Source of the DNA: Octopus sinensis
Taxonomy: Eukaryota
Direction: 5' to 3'
DNA length: 64,000 nt
NCBI RefSeq assembly: GCF_006345805.1
Contig: NC_043011.1
Span: forward strand, 14,768,464 to 14,832,463
The translations under genes and the position numbers were made by a program. The notes beneath the pieces are model-generated. The model did not search any database. It was not told the DNA's origin and worked only from the letters and a program-made list of their open reading frames with translations. Of the stretch, positions 27,320 to 40,895 are shown one piece after another; position 1 is the stretch's first letter; every line of letters starts with the position of its first letter.

Positions 27320-28145
27320 TAAAGTTTGGATGGAATTGGAAGACTCTTGTTGGAATGTTTCAACAGAATCAAAGAGAAAAAACATTCTAAATGTTTAGAC
27401 ACTCTTTGGACACTCTAAGGACACAACAATTCATCCAAATTGTTCAAAACACTATTGACGATGTTCCTGGAAAATGACTGAAGGTTATGGCCATAGAACT
27501 TTATGTGTCAGAGTGGACTATTAGAAATGCATAAGGACATTTGATACAAATTGTATGTATTTAAGAAGATGCTAATTCATGTCTGCAAAGATCATTTGAT
27601 CTGTACAAATCATATGCTCAAGGTTAATATTCCTCAAGAACATGGCATGCTTTGCTTCTTTTCTGAAGAGAAACACTTTTACCAACACCAACAATCTTGC
27701 AGGAGAAATGACAGACGATTATGTGCAGATCCTTTTGATGTTCTCAGAGTGATGCATGCTAGGTTTCCAGCAACTATAATGGTTTTAAGAGTTGTTAGTA
27801 ATGAAGGACTTGTCATACAAAGCTCACATCTTTCCACAGGGTCTTAGAGTTAATGCTGCTGGATATGTTGCAGTGCTGTTGTTAAAACTTGAATGGATGA
27901 CATATGCAGCAGAAAACCATACATGTTTGAGCAAAACTCAGGAACATCTCACAAAGCTCACTAAACAGAAGAATGGATATTAGACAAAGTTTACGAAAAT
28001 GTAACACCAAACTTGTGACCTCCAAACTTGCCAGATTTAAATCCCAAAGACTACTATGTCTGAAACATTCTTGAAAGGAGACTTATTGGACAACCTTACA
28101 GCACCATAGTTTTACTGAAGACTGTCATTGTCCAGGTAATGTCTT
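27320..28145 (+). mobile_element. maT/DD37D-like (Tc1/mariner superfamily) transposase remnant
   Basis: FFSEEKHF (FSDEK-like), HARFPATIMVLRVVSNEG, IFPQGLRVNAAGY and PPNLPDLNPKDYYV motifs across frameshifts and stops. Confidence 0.75.
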
Positions 28146-28246
28146 ACTTGTGCAGCACCATTGCACATCAGTAAATATATTTCAACTTATTTGCAGATAT
28201 ACCTCAGACCAGAAATTTAAATTTCTTCCCAGAGTGACTTGACATA

Positions 28247-28291
28247 TGGTGCTGATGAGCTGAAATAACAGTGAAATATTGATATCTACCG
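28247..28291 (+). ncRNA. Type I hammerhead ribozyme motif, family H2
   Basis: TGGTG-CTGATGA-GCTGaaataaCAGT-GAAA-TATtgATA-TC-TACCG: canonical core, three stems (with G-U pairs), AUC site after 28286. Confidence 0.65.
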
Positions 28292-28459
28292 TTCTTGTTC
28301 ACCCATAGGGAAATTTGGTTCACTTGGTTCTGTGGTATTTAGTGTTTTTTAAAACTCAACATTTTGAAGAGTCTTTAAGATTTTGGAAAGATTTATTTCT
28401 TGCATTGGAACATAAATGCATATTTAAAACTATTACCTACAACATATATATATATATAA

Positions 28460-28790
28460 GGGTAAAGACCCCCTTCAGTCATGAATGACCATGGGATTGG
28501 ACCTAGAAAATTTCCCTCCTAGGCACAAGTCAGGGCAAAGTTGTTTATGGAAGACCAGCAGTCATCCATGAATACCAACCACCCCTATCCACATCACTGA
28601 TGTTATCCTAGGGAAAGGCAAAGGGGCCGATACAGCTTGGTACCAGTGATGATGCAACTCATTTCTATAGATGAGTGAACTGGAGCAAAGTGTCTTGCTC
28701 AAGAGCACAACACACAGAGTGGTTCAAGAATCGAACCCACTATCTCATTAATGTGAGCCTCGTGCTCTAACTATTGAACCATATACCTTC
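28460..28790 (-). mobile_element. tRNA-headed CORE-like SINE with a different tail (family D); partial copy at 33735-33960
   Basis: Minus-strand head ..ggttcgattctt.. then tgtgctcttgagcaagacact; tail homologous to 33735-33960. Confidence 0.7.
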
Positions 28791-29022
28791 ACATATATGT
28801 GTGTGTGTGTGTATGTGTGTGTGCGTGTGCCTGTGTGTATGAACATTTTACTAACAATTATAGATTAAATATCTATTCACTCGCTGACTTATCTTTGAGT
28901 TCTTTATTCTAAGTGGCCAAACATAGCTTCTTTTAACTTGTTACCTCAGTAATATATATATATATATGACGAGTGGGATGAATGTCTGTATATATCCATG
29001 TATATATATATATATATATATA

Positions 29023-29340
29023 TTACGGAGATGTACTTGCATAGCAAGTGACATAATCTGAGATCGTGTGCTGGAACAAAAACAATTGCAGTGTGGAAGG
29101 TGTTTATAAGCCATTTAAGAAACACACAAAACCGTTAGATTCACTTCAACATTTAAATTTAATTTGTTGAAATATTTTCGTCGCTTTGAGACTGCGACTT
29201 GTTCACTGACAAAATTTTTTCAGTGAACAGGTCGTGGTGTCAAAGCAACGAAAATATTTTGACAAATTAAATTTAAATGTTGAAGTGAATCTAACGGTTT
29301 TGTGTGTTTCTTAAATGGCTTATAAACACCTTCCACGCTA
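29023..29340 (-). mobile_element. Fold-back element, family H3: about 125-bp inverted arms, a unique tail, (TA)n-flanked, hammerhead-like fold with a non-canonical core
   Basis: 29090-29214 is the inverted repeat of 29215-29339; tail 29023-29089 lies on one side only; stem-GAAA-AATATTT motif in each arm. Confidence 0.7.
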
Positions 29341-29470
29341 TATATATATATATATAATCCTGCAGATTGTATTTCTATACGACAGACTATTTTAATCTTC
29401 AGATTTTTTTAATATGCTAAGCCACTGGTTTTAATTGATTAATATCAATTTCTACCCTTATTCAATTTTA

Positions 29471-29552
<82 letters not shown>

Positions 29553-30017
29553 AGTTTCTTTCCGGCTTCTGTCTAACATATTTCACTCGCAAGTTATAGG
29601 TCACTGGATAAGGAAAGGATACCTGCAGATAATATCCATGCAGTGATATTGAAACCCAAACCACATGGTTCCAGACCAAACATAGTCATGCTTGTGACTA
29701 TATAATATAATATATATAATTATATTATATATACACATATATATATATATATATATACATACATATGTACATACATTTCACAGTTGCATACGTAAATATC
29801 ACACATACACACACACACTCACATACACATTCATATACTTCTATACACACACAAAAAACACAAAGGAATATACAAAAGTTTATACAGCGGCAGAGAAAAT
29901 GTACTTACCAGAAATATTCAATAAAACAAAATAACAAAACAATGCATTTATCAAAAATTACAAATAAAATACATAAACAATAATCCAAAATAAACTATAT
30001 ACGTATATATATATATA

Positions 30018-30055
<38 letters not shown>

Positions 30056-30733
30056 ATGTGTGTGCATATATATATATATAAAGTGAGAATTTATATATAT
30101 ATATATATAGTGAGAATTTACATATATATAGATATACATATATATAAATGTATACATATATATACATATATACATATACACACATGTATACATACACACA
30201 AACACACACACATACACATGTATATTATATATATGTATATATATATCTGCACATACCAATGAAGAGAAATTGAAAACTTCCAAGAGAGTGCATCTATATT
30301 TTCTATTTATTCGTACAAACAACATTTTTTTTTTTCATCAAGTTGACAATGAAAGTTTTCTGCTTCAAATTATATAGAATTCTATTATCATTGAGACCAA
30401 TGTTCAAAGGCTCTTTAGTTTGACTTCGGTTTTGGAGGTTGTGAAAAAAAAAAAAAAAAAAAATGGCATACAATAAAGGAAGTCAGGAAAATGTGTTTAT
30501 ATGTAAAATAAACACATAAATTTTTCAGTGGCCCAAAATCAAAGAGGGAATATAATTCAAAAACACCTCATAGGTGATGTGTTTTTGAGCAGGGTTTGCT
30601 TTTAGTTTTTTTTATTTCCTATTTCAAAATGACAGAAAGCATCTGACGTTAGGAATAGGAACATATCTTGAAAAACTGTTTACAAAAATGTTGTTTGCTG
30701 TCTTTCTTCAAACAATTTCAACACTCTTCTACA

Positions 30734-30832
<99 letters not shown>

Positions 30833-31907
30833 ATTTTTATATATATATACATTATTATATATGTGCAGGTATTGGAACAAGTATGCATAATTAACTAAAG
30901 TATATAAAAGATATATTATGTTGAAACTAATTCAAGTTAAATGCAACCAATTTAGAAGAGTTGCGTTTGGAGAAAAAAAACGACGATCTTCTCTATAGGA
31001 AAAACAAGACATTATGTCAACTCTTAGCAGCATCTTACCCTTTATAAGTCTCAGGTTCGAGTGCTATGAGTAGTGTTCATGCATCTGAGAGAGTGCATCT
31101 TTCATCTATATAGGAAATCCAAAATAAAAGCAGCATGCATATAAGGGGATTTCGTTCACACCAATCGTTTTCAGTTGCAGCTTTAAGTTTCTGTGACAGA
31201 AAATGCAGTTCTTTGTTTTCAATCTATTATGGACATTAAAGAATGCAGCAGTAACTTTAAGGAACAGTCTGTCCATTTTTTTTTTTTTGACTTTTTTGAA
31301 ACACTGACCAGCTGTCATTCACATGCAATGCATCTAGAACTGAATTGCAAACCACACCATTTTTGATGTGCACAGAAGCCAAATTATCTGCCATGTATAT
31401 AATATGTATGTAAGCCAATGCCACCTCCCCCCTCCCACAAACACAGCCACCACTGTGAACAGACTGTCTGTATGGGTAGAATATATACATATATTTCATA
31501 GTATTTTCTTTATTCTCTTACTTCAATAGAGATACATGATTATAACCATCGTTGGTGAGGGGCTAAGGAGGGTGAGAGTGAGAGGTGAGTGCAAAGCCAT
31601 GTAGTGGCTTATCAGATGGAATATTCAGGAATTCCGATCCTTTGATCCTTTGAAGTTAATCACTTTTAGTTACTATGGTTACACTGGGTGTATTATAATT
31701 AATATATGATGTGTTATATATGCACACATAGACACGTGCACACATATGTCAGTATATGTATGTATAAAATATCTATATATCGTTTTATATATACATGTCT
31801 CTCTGTTTCTTTCTATATTTTGTATGCATATATATATATGCGTGTGTGTGTGTGTTATATATATATGTGCATATATATACATATGTATATATATGTATAT
31901 AAATATG

Positions 31908-31938
<31 letters not shown>

Positions 31939-31939
31939 G

Positions 31940-32057
<118 letters not shown>

Positions 32058-32081
32058 TATATATATATATATGTATATATA

Positions 32082-32130
<49 letters not shown>

Positions 32131-33432
32131 CATACATAATTTATATTATCTGTGTTAGAAACCATTATTAATATCATTGTGTATTGTGTTATTATGTATA
32201 TAAATGTGTGTGTGTGTATGTGTGTGTGTGTGTGCACGTGTGCATGTGCCATTATTTAAGAATCTATTTACATAAAAAGAAGTGATAGCCTAATTGATAT
32301 GAGGTTGTATTAATTATTGTTATTATTATTATTCATAGTAATAGTAGTAGTAGTAGTGTTAGTAGAAATAGCAGCACCAGTAGTTTTAGTAGTTGTATTA
32401 GTAGTAGTAACAGTTTCATGTAACTCCTACATGCATGGCGTCAATTCTTCTCACTTACAGTTTCTTGTCTAAATATAAGACCATTTGCTAATATTAGCAA
32501 ACTTAGCCAATTTGGATTTCAACAATGACTTACAATGTGACCATAGCAATAAATAGTTATTCAAGTTTCTTTCTTTACATTTTAGTATTTAATGATCAAA
32601 AAATAAAGGTGAACAGTAATGACCAGCATTAAATTCGTTAATAAACTGTGCTTTCTGTAAGAAATTTTGGAGGAATGCTTCTAGTTTTTAGGATATAATA
32701 TAGTGTTTGGAATAAACAATATTTCAGTATTTGGAGAACACCTGTAATAAAGTGTTAAACTTTTTTCCAATTAAAACTTTTAAATCAAATGACACTGCAC
32801 TAAATGTATATAATGATTTATCATCATGTAATTCAAACGGTTGCTCTAGTTATGTAGTTATATTGCAATTCTTATTTTATTGTGGAGCCTGCATCCTCAT
32901 GATTATTACATTTAATACCTTAAATAAATTAAATATATATATATATATTTAAACATAATAATAAATTATTATTACCAGTGGCCTAGCACAAAAAACGAAT
33001 TAGTCATTAGACTATATATTATTCACAGAGAAATACAATAAGAGGCTTCCAAATAGGAAAGCGTTGTGCTAGAAAGAGCAGTAGAAATCTCAAGACCACA
33101 AAAAAGGATAAATTCACGAAAGGAATGAAAATTAAAAACGTTTACTATCTCAACTATTTCCCAGAACGACGGTTTCTAACTATTTCCAGCAAAAAAGTAT
33201 TTGCTGAAGGTCAGTTTTATTCAGTGGGACAGCCTTTAGAATTCAGAGATACGGACTGCCAGATTCACATGTAGAACTAACGGTTTGTAAATCCTAACTT
33301 TTCAAACCACTGCGCAGACGGAGATTATACCCGGCGACAGAGAGGATGCCGGTAAAAATTTCGAATGAATTTATCAAGCAATATTTAAACATAAATCTAA
33401 TATATATATATACATATATATATATATGCATA

Positions 33433-33465
<33 letters not shown>

Positions 33466-33476
33466 GCATATATATA

Positions 33477-33533
<57 letters not shown>

Positions 33534-33567
33534 ACACATGCCCTTTTTTTCAATTATTAAAGCTTGA

Positions 33568-33622
33568 TCACAATCACCTGATGAACAAGAATGTGAAACT
33601 CTGAGTAGTAGTTTTTTGTGAT
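33568..33622 (+). ncRNA. Type I hammerhead ribozyme motif, family H4
   Basis: ATCACAATCAC-CTGATGA-ACAagaaTGT-GAAA-CTCtGAG-TA-GTAGTTTTTTGTGAT; GUA site after 33607; tail 33655-33730 is homologous to 42748-42816. Confidence 0.7.
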
Positions 33623-34063
33623 GCTCTTGCAGCTTTATTAAGAAGAAAAGGGCATATTACTCTACCTCTAGTATTTGAGTACTATTACTATTTTTCCACC
33701 TTGGTTCGCATTTATGTGCTTACTGGTGTGTGTTAAGACCCCACTTTGGTCATAAATGACCATGTGATTGCACCTAGAAAGTTCCCCTCTGAGGCACAAG
33801 TCCAGGCAAGGTTGGTTATGAAAGACCATCAGTCGCCCATGCATACCAGTCTCCCTTCTCCACGCCACCAGTGTTATCCAAGGGAGTGGCAAAAGCCGAT
33901 ACAGCTTGGCACCAATGAGATCGCAGCTCATTTCTACAGCTGAATGGAGACAGAAATGTAATTCGGGCAGAGAATTGTCATCGCCCCAAAACTTACCCAA
34001 TTATATAATATATAGGTAAATTTGTTACTCTAAATACAGATTGTAACTGAATTTAGGCCTTAT

Positions 34064-34097
<34 letters not shown>

Positions 34098-34402
34098 GTA
34101 TGTATATAAATGTGTGTGTGAGTGTACATATGCAATTATTAGTGATGAAAGCAGTGGCAGTACTGAATAGCAATCATTAGAACCTACTCAATGTGGATGT
34201 ATTATTGGAAAGCTGAATACTGCACTGTTTGCCTTGAGAAATGCTTTCATGCTGACCATAATGCTAAAACCAGAGGTGTATATTGTTAGCAGACGGAAAG
34301 TGTCTGGGATGGGGCTGGAATAACCAGATCATGTGATTTCAGCATGGTGTGCTTCATCAGTGACTTACCACATTTGGTATATATGTACCCACAGACACAC
34401 AC

Positions 34403-34463
<61 letters not shown>

Positions 34464-35619
34464 CTAAGATAGAAATAGACCTGTGGTGCTTTATGTTCTT
34501 GAGCTAAACACTTCAATTCATATTGCTCCAGTCTACTCAGTGTATAAAAACATATGGGAGTCTGGCTGATACACTGATACAGTGATATATATGCTTATAT
34601 ATATATGCATGTGTGTGTATATATTTATATATATATATGCATGTGTGTGTATATATTTATATATATATATGCATGTGTGTGTATATTTATATATATATAT
34701 ATTATATATATATATATGCATGTGTGTGTATATATTTATATATATGTATGTGTGTGTTGTGTGTGTATTATATGCACACACACGTACACATGCACATATA
34801 CATGCCTATTTATCTACCTAACTATTCATATATATGTATCTGCTACACTTTACTAAAGAATACATCTATTAAACTTTAGTTGACATGAATTATTAACAAC
34901 TTACTTAATAAACTGGATTGTTCAATTCAGTAGCTAGTTCAATTAATACATTAGTAGTGCATTAACAGTGCCTACTTTCAATGCTATACTGTCGAATAGT
35001 ATATATCTATAGATCTTATTGTTGTTATTGATCTATTGACCGATGTAAAAACCTATAAAAACATTGTCTTTGTAAGTAGAAACAATGAGATCAACTGGAT
35101 TGATTTCTTTCTTGTGTTGGGATCCTATCAATGGCTGAGTGCCCTCTTTCATTTTAACCACTCAGTAAATGTTTAAATAAATTGGATAGACCAGTTTGCA
35201 TGTATATAATGCATTCTTGGTAGCTAGTTTGATTAACAATAATACTGTAGCAATCAGAGCATGGAGAAATTATAATTTCAAAGACCTGTACAAACATATT
35301 GTTTGCCATCATTTGGTTTGTTTCCCTAAAGCTGTCGTTAGATAGATAGGTAGGTCAGTCAACATTACACTTTGAAAATCTATAAGTTGCAGAAATAAAA
35401 CATCGTCACTTTACCTAGAAGCATTCTCTGCATTAAGAAAGCAGAGCTACCATCATGAACCAGAAGTAACATGATAGGCTTTATAATGTAATGAAACAAT
35501 GGAATGCTGGTGGAAATCTTTAACGGCAATGGTAAGAAGACAGTTGGAGTTCTTTACTCCATGACCGAATACTTTAATTCCTGAAGCATAGTAAACTGAA
35601 TAAAAGACAAACTGCTTAC

Positions 35620-35724
35620 GTAGAACAACAATGTCTGTTACTGCTTTGTTAAAAACCTGGAAGTTATTGGAAACTTTTTTATGTGATTCGCATGTATAGT
35701 TCCCATCGTTTGAAGGAGACACTT
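35620..35724 (-). CDS. Ig-superfamily gene exon, second half of Ig1: (K)VSPSNDGNYTCESHKKVSNNFQVFNKAVTDIVVL
   Basis: ttttgcag acceptor, C|gtaagc donor, 105 nt, phase 1 to 1; DxGxYxC Ig F-strand motif. Confidence 0.93.
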
Positions 35725-36002
35725 CTGCAAAAGAGAAAGTTAAAAAAAGAAAAAAAACAACATTAATATATATATATAGATATTTATTAATGACATTGAT
35801 TGGATTAAGGTGATAGAGTGACATAAATAATAGAGTTCTATACTAAATATATATATATCTTTCACTATTTATTTATATTTCTTTATTTCTATCTTTAATT
35901 CCAGGCAGATGCAATATTTCTTTTCATTATTTAAAGATTCAATAAAATAAGGACCAATCGTATATTGAAGTTAATCCAATTTACTATGCATCCTCCCTCT
36001 AC

Positions 36003-36058
<56 letters not shown>

Positions 36059-36153
36059 TCATGTGCCGATGTAAGAAATAAATCTTTCCAACTATAAAAA
36101 TATTAAAGAAAGATTTCAGGTTTAAGTTGAGACAAAATTAGAACGGAAAAACA

Positions 36154-36186
<33 letters not shown>

Positions 36187-36419
36187 CACACACATGCACA
36201 CACACACACACATGCACACACACACACACACACGTGCACAGACACACACACACACACAGAGGGGTATTAAATGGTGATGATGATGACAATGATGATATAT
36301 ATATATGAACTTCTTAAGCACTCAGTTATATTTAAAAATATGCCAGCATCTAAACTGGTGTGTGATAGTAATAAAAATAATTTATGAAGGAAGAAGGAAA
36401 GAAAAGGAAAAGTAGAATG

Positions 36420-36450
<31 letters not shown>

Positions 36451-37897
36451 GAAGCAAAAAGTAGTAGTAGCAGTAGTAGTAATAGTGTTATTTGCTGTAT
36501 TCATGCCTAAATAACTACATCTATAAAGAATTGATCATGTGATGATGGTAGAGTAAATTAACTTTTGGAGCACCAAGCCTGTGTTTAATAATAAGTTTTA
36601 ACAGAAGTAGAGGGACAGAACCCACAGACAGGAATAGGATTTGTAAGAGGAGCTGATGGGTGTTGACTGTAAATATGATACTGTTTATTAGTAGTTGGGA
36701 AGGGGGCAGGAAAACTGCTGTTGAAAATGGCATTACATTGCCTACCTGTTGAATTACAAAAATCACCTGTTTATAGTAACAGAAATTTATGTTGCTTTTA
36801 ATTCGAATGCCTAAAATAATAGATCCTCATTCAGTTTTGCTGATGAACATCCAATTATTCAATCAAATAAATATCCAATGCTTTAAATCAACATGAAACA
36901 GGCTGAGTATCCCACAGACATATGTAGCCATACTGTAATCCCTGAAGGTGAATCAGCATCACTCTGTATGTTATAATGTGTTATGGTGGTGAGCTGGCAG
37001 AATAGCTTCTATGCCGGGTAAAATGCTTCAAGGCATTTCATCCATTTTTACATTCTGAGTTCAAGTTCTGCTGAGACTGGCTTCGTCTCAACCGATCCTT
37101 ATTTTATCGATCCTTTCAGGGTCGATAAAATAAGTACCAGTTGAGCTCTGGGATAAATGTAATCAACTTATTCCCTTCCCTGAAATTGTTGGCATTACAC
37201 ATACAATCCTTACTGATGTGCTCCACAAAAATTTCACTCACTGGCCTGGGACTAAGTTAAAGACACTACCCAAGATGCCATGTGCTGAGATTGACCATGG
37301 GGACTTCATGATTGTGAAGCTATCTTCTTAACCATTCAGCTATTCCTGCATACATAGAAATGCAACAATCTAAAAGATATACATACTTTTAGAATTTCAT
37401 CAATTCTAGTATTTGACTGGGACTTTATTTTTATTAAGCCTGAAACAGGAAGCAATTTAAAGTTGTGTTTGACACAAATTTGAACCCAGATTGTAAAGAA
37501 ATGTAGCAAGGAAGTTTATCAGTTGCTCTACCACCAGGTATAATTGTTTTAATCAATCTCAATCCTTGAAAGGTATTTTTATTTTAACAAACAACAAACA
37601 CAATGAATTTAAGATAAGGCTTTTCTATAGTATGCTTATGGATCCTAAAACACAAACTTGTTGGGCTTGAACATATGAAAATTTCCCTTTTTTTAATGCA
37701 AATAGTAATTACTTAAATTAAATTCAACTGCTGAATCATCTCCAATGAACTTCAGTATCAGGTTGATATATTTTGAAAAGCAAAGTTGCTCTTAGTGGGT
37801 TCCACACTCATGATATAAAGTAAAAAGGATCAAAGGTCTATCCTGAGTCATACACTTATAAGGTCAATTTCCTGGATCCTGTGGCACATATAATTAT

Positions 37898-38092
37898 AAT
37901 AATGAAATTATTGTATACAGTGCTCAGGTGCACCACAACTTATCAGAAAGTGCGTATAAAGTGCATGCAGTAATGTACAAATGTCTGGAAAGTGAACAGT
38001 GCATTAGTCAGATACATGCTTGCGTGTGTATGGAGGGGAGAAAATCAGGTGTAGTGTTGGCGAATCTCAGGAAGCGTGGAAGTTTTGAAGGA
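37898..38092 (-). mobile_element. LINE (CR1-like) 3' terminal fragment; short copy at 54080-54130
   Basis: Minus strand ends ..SFKTSTLPEIRQHYT* followed by a 3' UTR and an (ATT)-type tail; the same terminus recurs at about 54085. Confidence 0.55.
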
Positions 38093-40204
38093 GTGGAAAC
38101 AGGATTGCTCATATTTGCCAGTTGGATGGACTAGAGCAATGTAAAATGTAGTGTTTTGCTCAAGAGCACAACACATTGCTCAATCCAGGAATCAAATCTA
38201 CAATCTTACAGTTATGAGTGCAACACTCTAACCACTAAGCTACACACCTCCACCACAACATAAAGAGACACAACTAAATACCACATGGCATTTTGTCTGA
38301 TCTCTGCTGATTCTAAATTAATTATTATATTCCATTTTATCAATGTTGATTGCATTCTCAATATCACCAAGCTAATCAGTCATATTTTCATTATGAGGTA
38401 TAGCATATTTATCTGATTAAATTTTTAAACTCTTTTCATTCTAACCTAGTTGCGAGTTTCTCATTTTTCCATAAGTACTAATTACTGCTAATCCATTGCT
38501 TTTGTTGATTTAAGTGATAACACGGCAGACAATGGAAAGGATCATTTATAATTATGTCTAAGATAAGAAGCTAAAACTTAGCATGAAAAATGTGTGAAGT
38601 CACTCTGGTACCCAAATGTGCATGAAAAAACAAGGTTAGCTTTTGAGTGTGGAACAACCAGGGTTAATTACTGAGTCTGATGACATAATCATTGCTTCCT
38701 CCATACTATTAAACAATGTCACAACTACAGCAAACTCCCCTCCTACAAATTGTAAGCAATATATGTTTTATCTTTTTGGGTGTTGTATGTGGCGAGCTCA
38801 CATTCCTTACATATCACAGGTAGTTTTACAAAAAGTAACATTCCTCTACAGTGTCAGAAAATATTTCCATTCAGAAAATATTTCAACTCAATCCAAGTAA
38901 GGCTGTGTGTGTGTGTTACTGAGACCGAAGACATAGGCCACTGGGACAGAAGATAAAATAAGCCGAAACACAAAGCATTTACAGCTGCTGCTGCTTCTAA
39001 TAAGGAAATTGTTTTAAGAAATTCAATATTGATTTCAATCTTGAAAATCACAAGTTAATTTTTTTTAAACAAAAGGAAACACCTTTATATTGATCACCTC
39101 TATAGTGGGTGGTAATTCATTTTTATTGATCTTGGAGGAATAAAAGGTAAATCTGATCTAGGTGACATTTTAAGTCAAAATGGAAAAGGTTGAAGCTAAA
39201 TAATTTTAGCTGAAAGCTCTGGACATTTCCAGAGAAGAAGGAATTAAACTGCAAAGTTTGTATCTTTAGCGATTTTCTTCATTTAGGAAGACATTTTCAG
39301 AGTTTCTTAAAGCAGGAATTATAGGATCTAATTTATAAGAAGCAACATAATACAAATAATATGGTTTGATACTGGTCTATGATCGAATTTATTTAAAGCT
39401 ATATAATATAAATGGAAATCACAAAGAGTTTATATTTCCCACATAAGCAAACTAATAAAAGTAATATAACAACTATCTTTCTTCAAAGGCATAGATAATG
39501 ACTCTAAGATGAGCATATTCTACAATGGACATATGGATCCTAAATATACATTTACTGGGTTTGAATGTACAAAAACTATCATTTACTGTAAATAGCTCAC
39601 AAGGAAATTTCAATGCAACTGTTAAATCCTTCTCAAGGAATTCCATCCAGCATGAGTTTGACATGTTTAATATCTAGAATTTTAAAACAACACAGAGTCA
39701 ATAAAGATGGCATATCTTTCTCTTATTGGATTAGGTGTGAGGAAAGAGCTTTGCTGATGAGGTTTTCAAAACCAGAACAGCTGAGATTAATGCAGTTAAC
39801 ATTGCTCTTAAGCAGTTGTAAGTCAATGGCTGGAGGAAAAACATGTACAGTTAATGCATTTGAGGAGGGGAGGATGAACTGGGAATAGGGAATAGGGTGG
39901 ATTGGTCAAGGGTACAGAATATGGTTGATAAGAGGAAGAGAGAAGAACGAGTGAGAAGTACCGAAGCAGCAACAGTAGAAAAGACAGAGAGAAAAGACAG
40001 CATGTTTCTGGGCCAGATTGTATGAGTATATTAGACAGCAATTCCATGTCAAACAGTCATGTGACTTTTTTGGAGATATGGTCTAAGATATGTGTGGTTG
40101 TATTATAGCATCAGCTTAGATGTAGCTAATGTGTCACACCATATACTGCCTCTGACCATCTATCTCAAGATCCTGTTCTGCTGAGTGAACAGCAGCAAAA
40201 GCAA

Positions 40205-40520
40205 GTGGAGGAGCAATGGCCCAGTGGTTAGGGCAGCGGACTCGCGGTTTCGATTGCCAGAGCGAAAACACCAGAAGCTCTACGAGGCTTCATCAGAGGG
40301 TGGTGGTGACCCCTGTTGTACTCTTTCTTTCTGTTTCTTGTCCCTGTCTTCCTATGTATCTGCTGAGCCTGGATGCACATTCATCCATCCGTCAATGCTC
40401 TCAGTGTCGGGGGTTGACCTGCTTTCTCTTCTGCAGGTCTTACGAATAGCAAAGGACCATGTTTTGGACTTCTCCCATCTTGCGAGCTCTGGGACGAAGA
40501 CCGCTCTGCTCAACAGCAAC
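40205..40520 (+). mobile_element. tRNA-headed SINE, family A variant with (CAA/CAG)n tail
   Basis: gtggaggagcaatggcccagtggttagggcagcggactcgcggtttcgatt head. Confidence 0.8.
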
Positions 40521-40749
40521 AGCACTGCTCAACAGCAGCAAAAGCAACTAATACTAAGTGTTCTCAACTCCTAAACTGACTCATGTCCTTCTACTAATTT
40601 TTAACATACTGGAAGTAAACTAATTCCCCTTTCTTCTGTTTCATCAAATCATTAATTTTTTGCAATGTATTAACAAGGAGCACACTTATAATAAATAAAA
40701 CCCAATTGATGTCAAAAACAGAGAGAAATAGCTAACAAAATAAGAAGAC

Positions 40750-40895
40750 AGTTCTATATTTAAGAGATGAGAAATTATGTACTTTATTTACATTATTTAC
40801 ATTCGATGGATATTTGTCCTCATCTTGTTTGTTGTTAACACAACGTTTCGGCTGATATACCCTCCACCTGAAGAATGTAAATAATGTAAGATAAG
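40750..40895 (-). mobile_element. Truncated Penelope-pLTR-like fragment carrying the 3' half of a hammerhead
   Basis: Minus strand: ggagggtatatCAGCC-GAAA-CG-TT-GTGT (palindromic AACGTT stem III); 5' core missing; short inverted repeat ttacattatttacattc / gaatgtaaataatgtaa. Confidence 0.5.

Noticed and set aside
39470-40050. Host coding exon(s)
   Set aside because: Multiple stops and no compatible splice sites; more likely a very old LINE remnant, too decayed to call.
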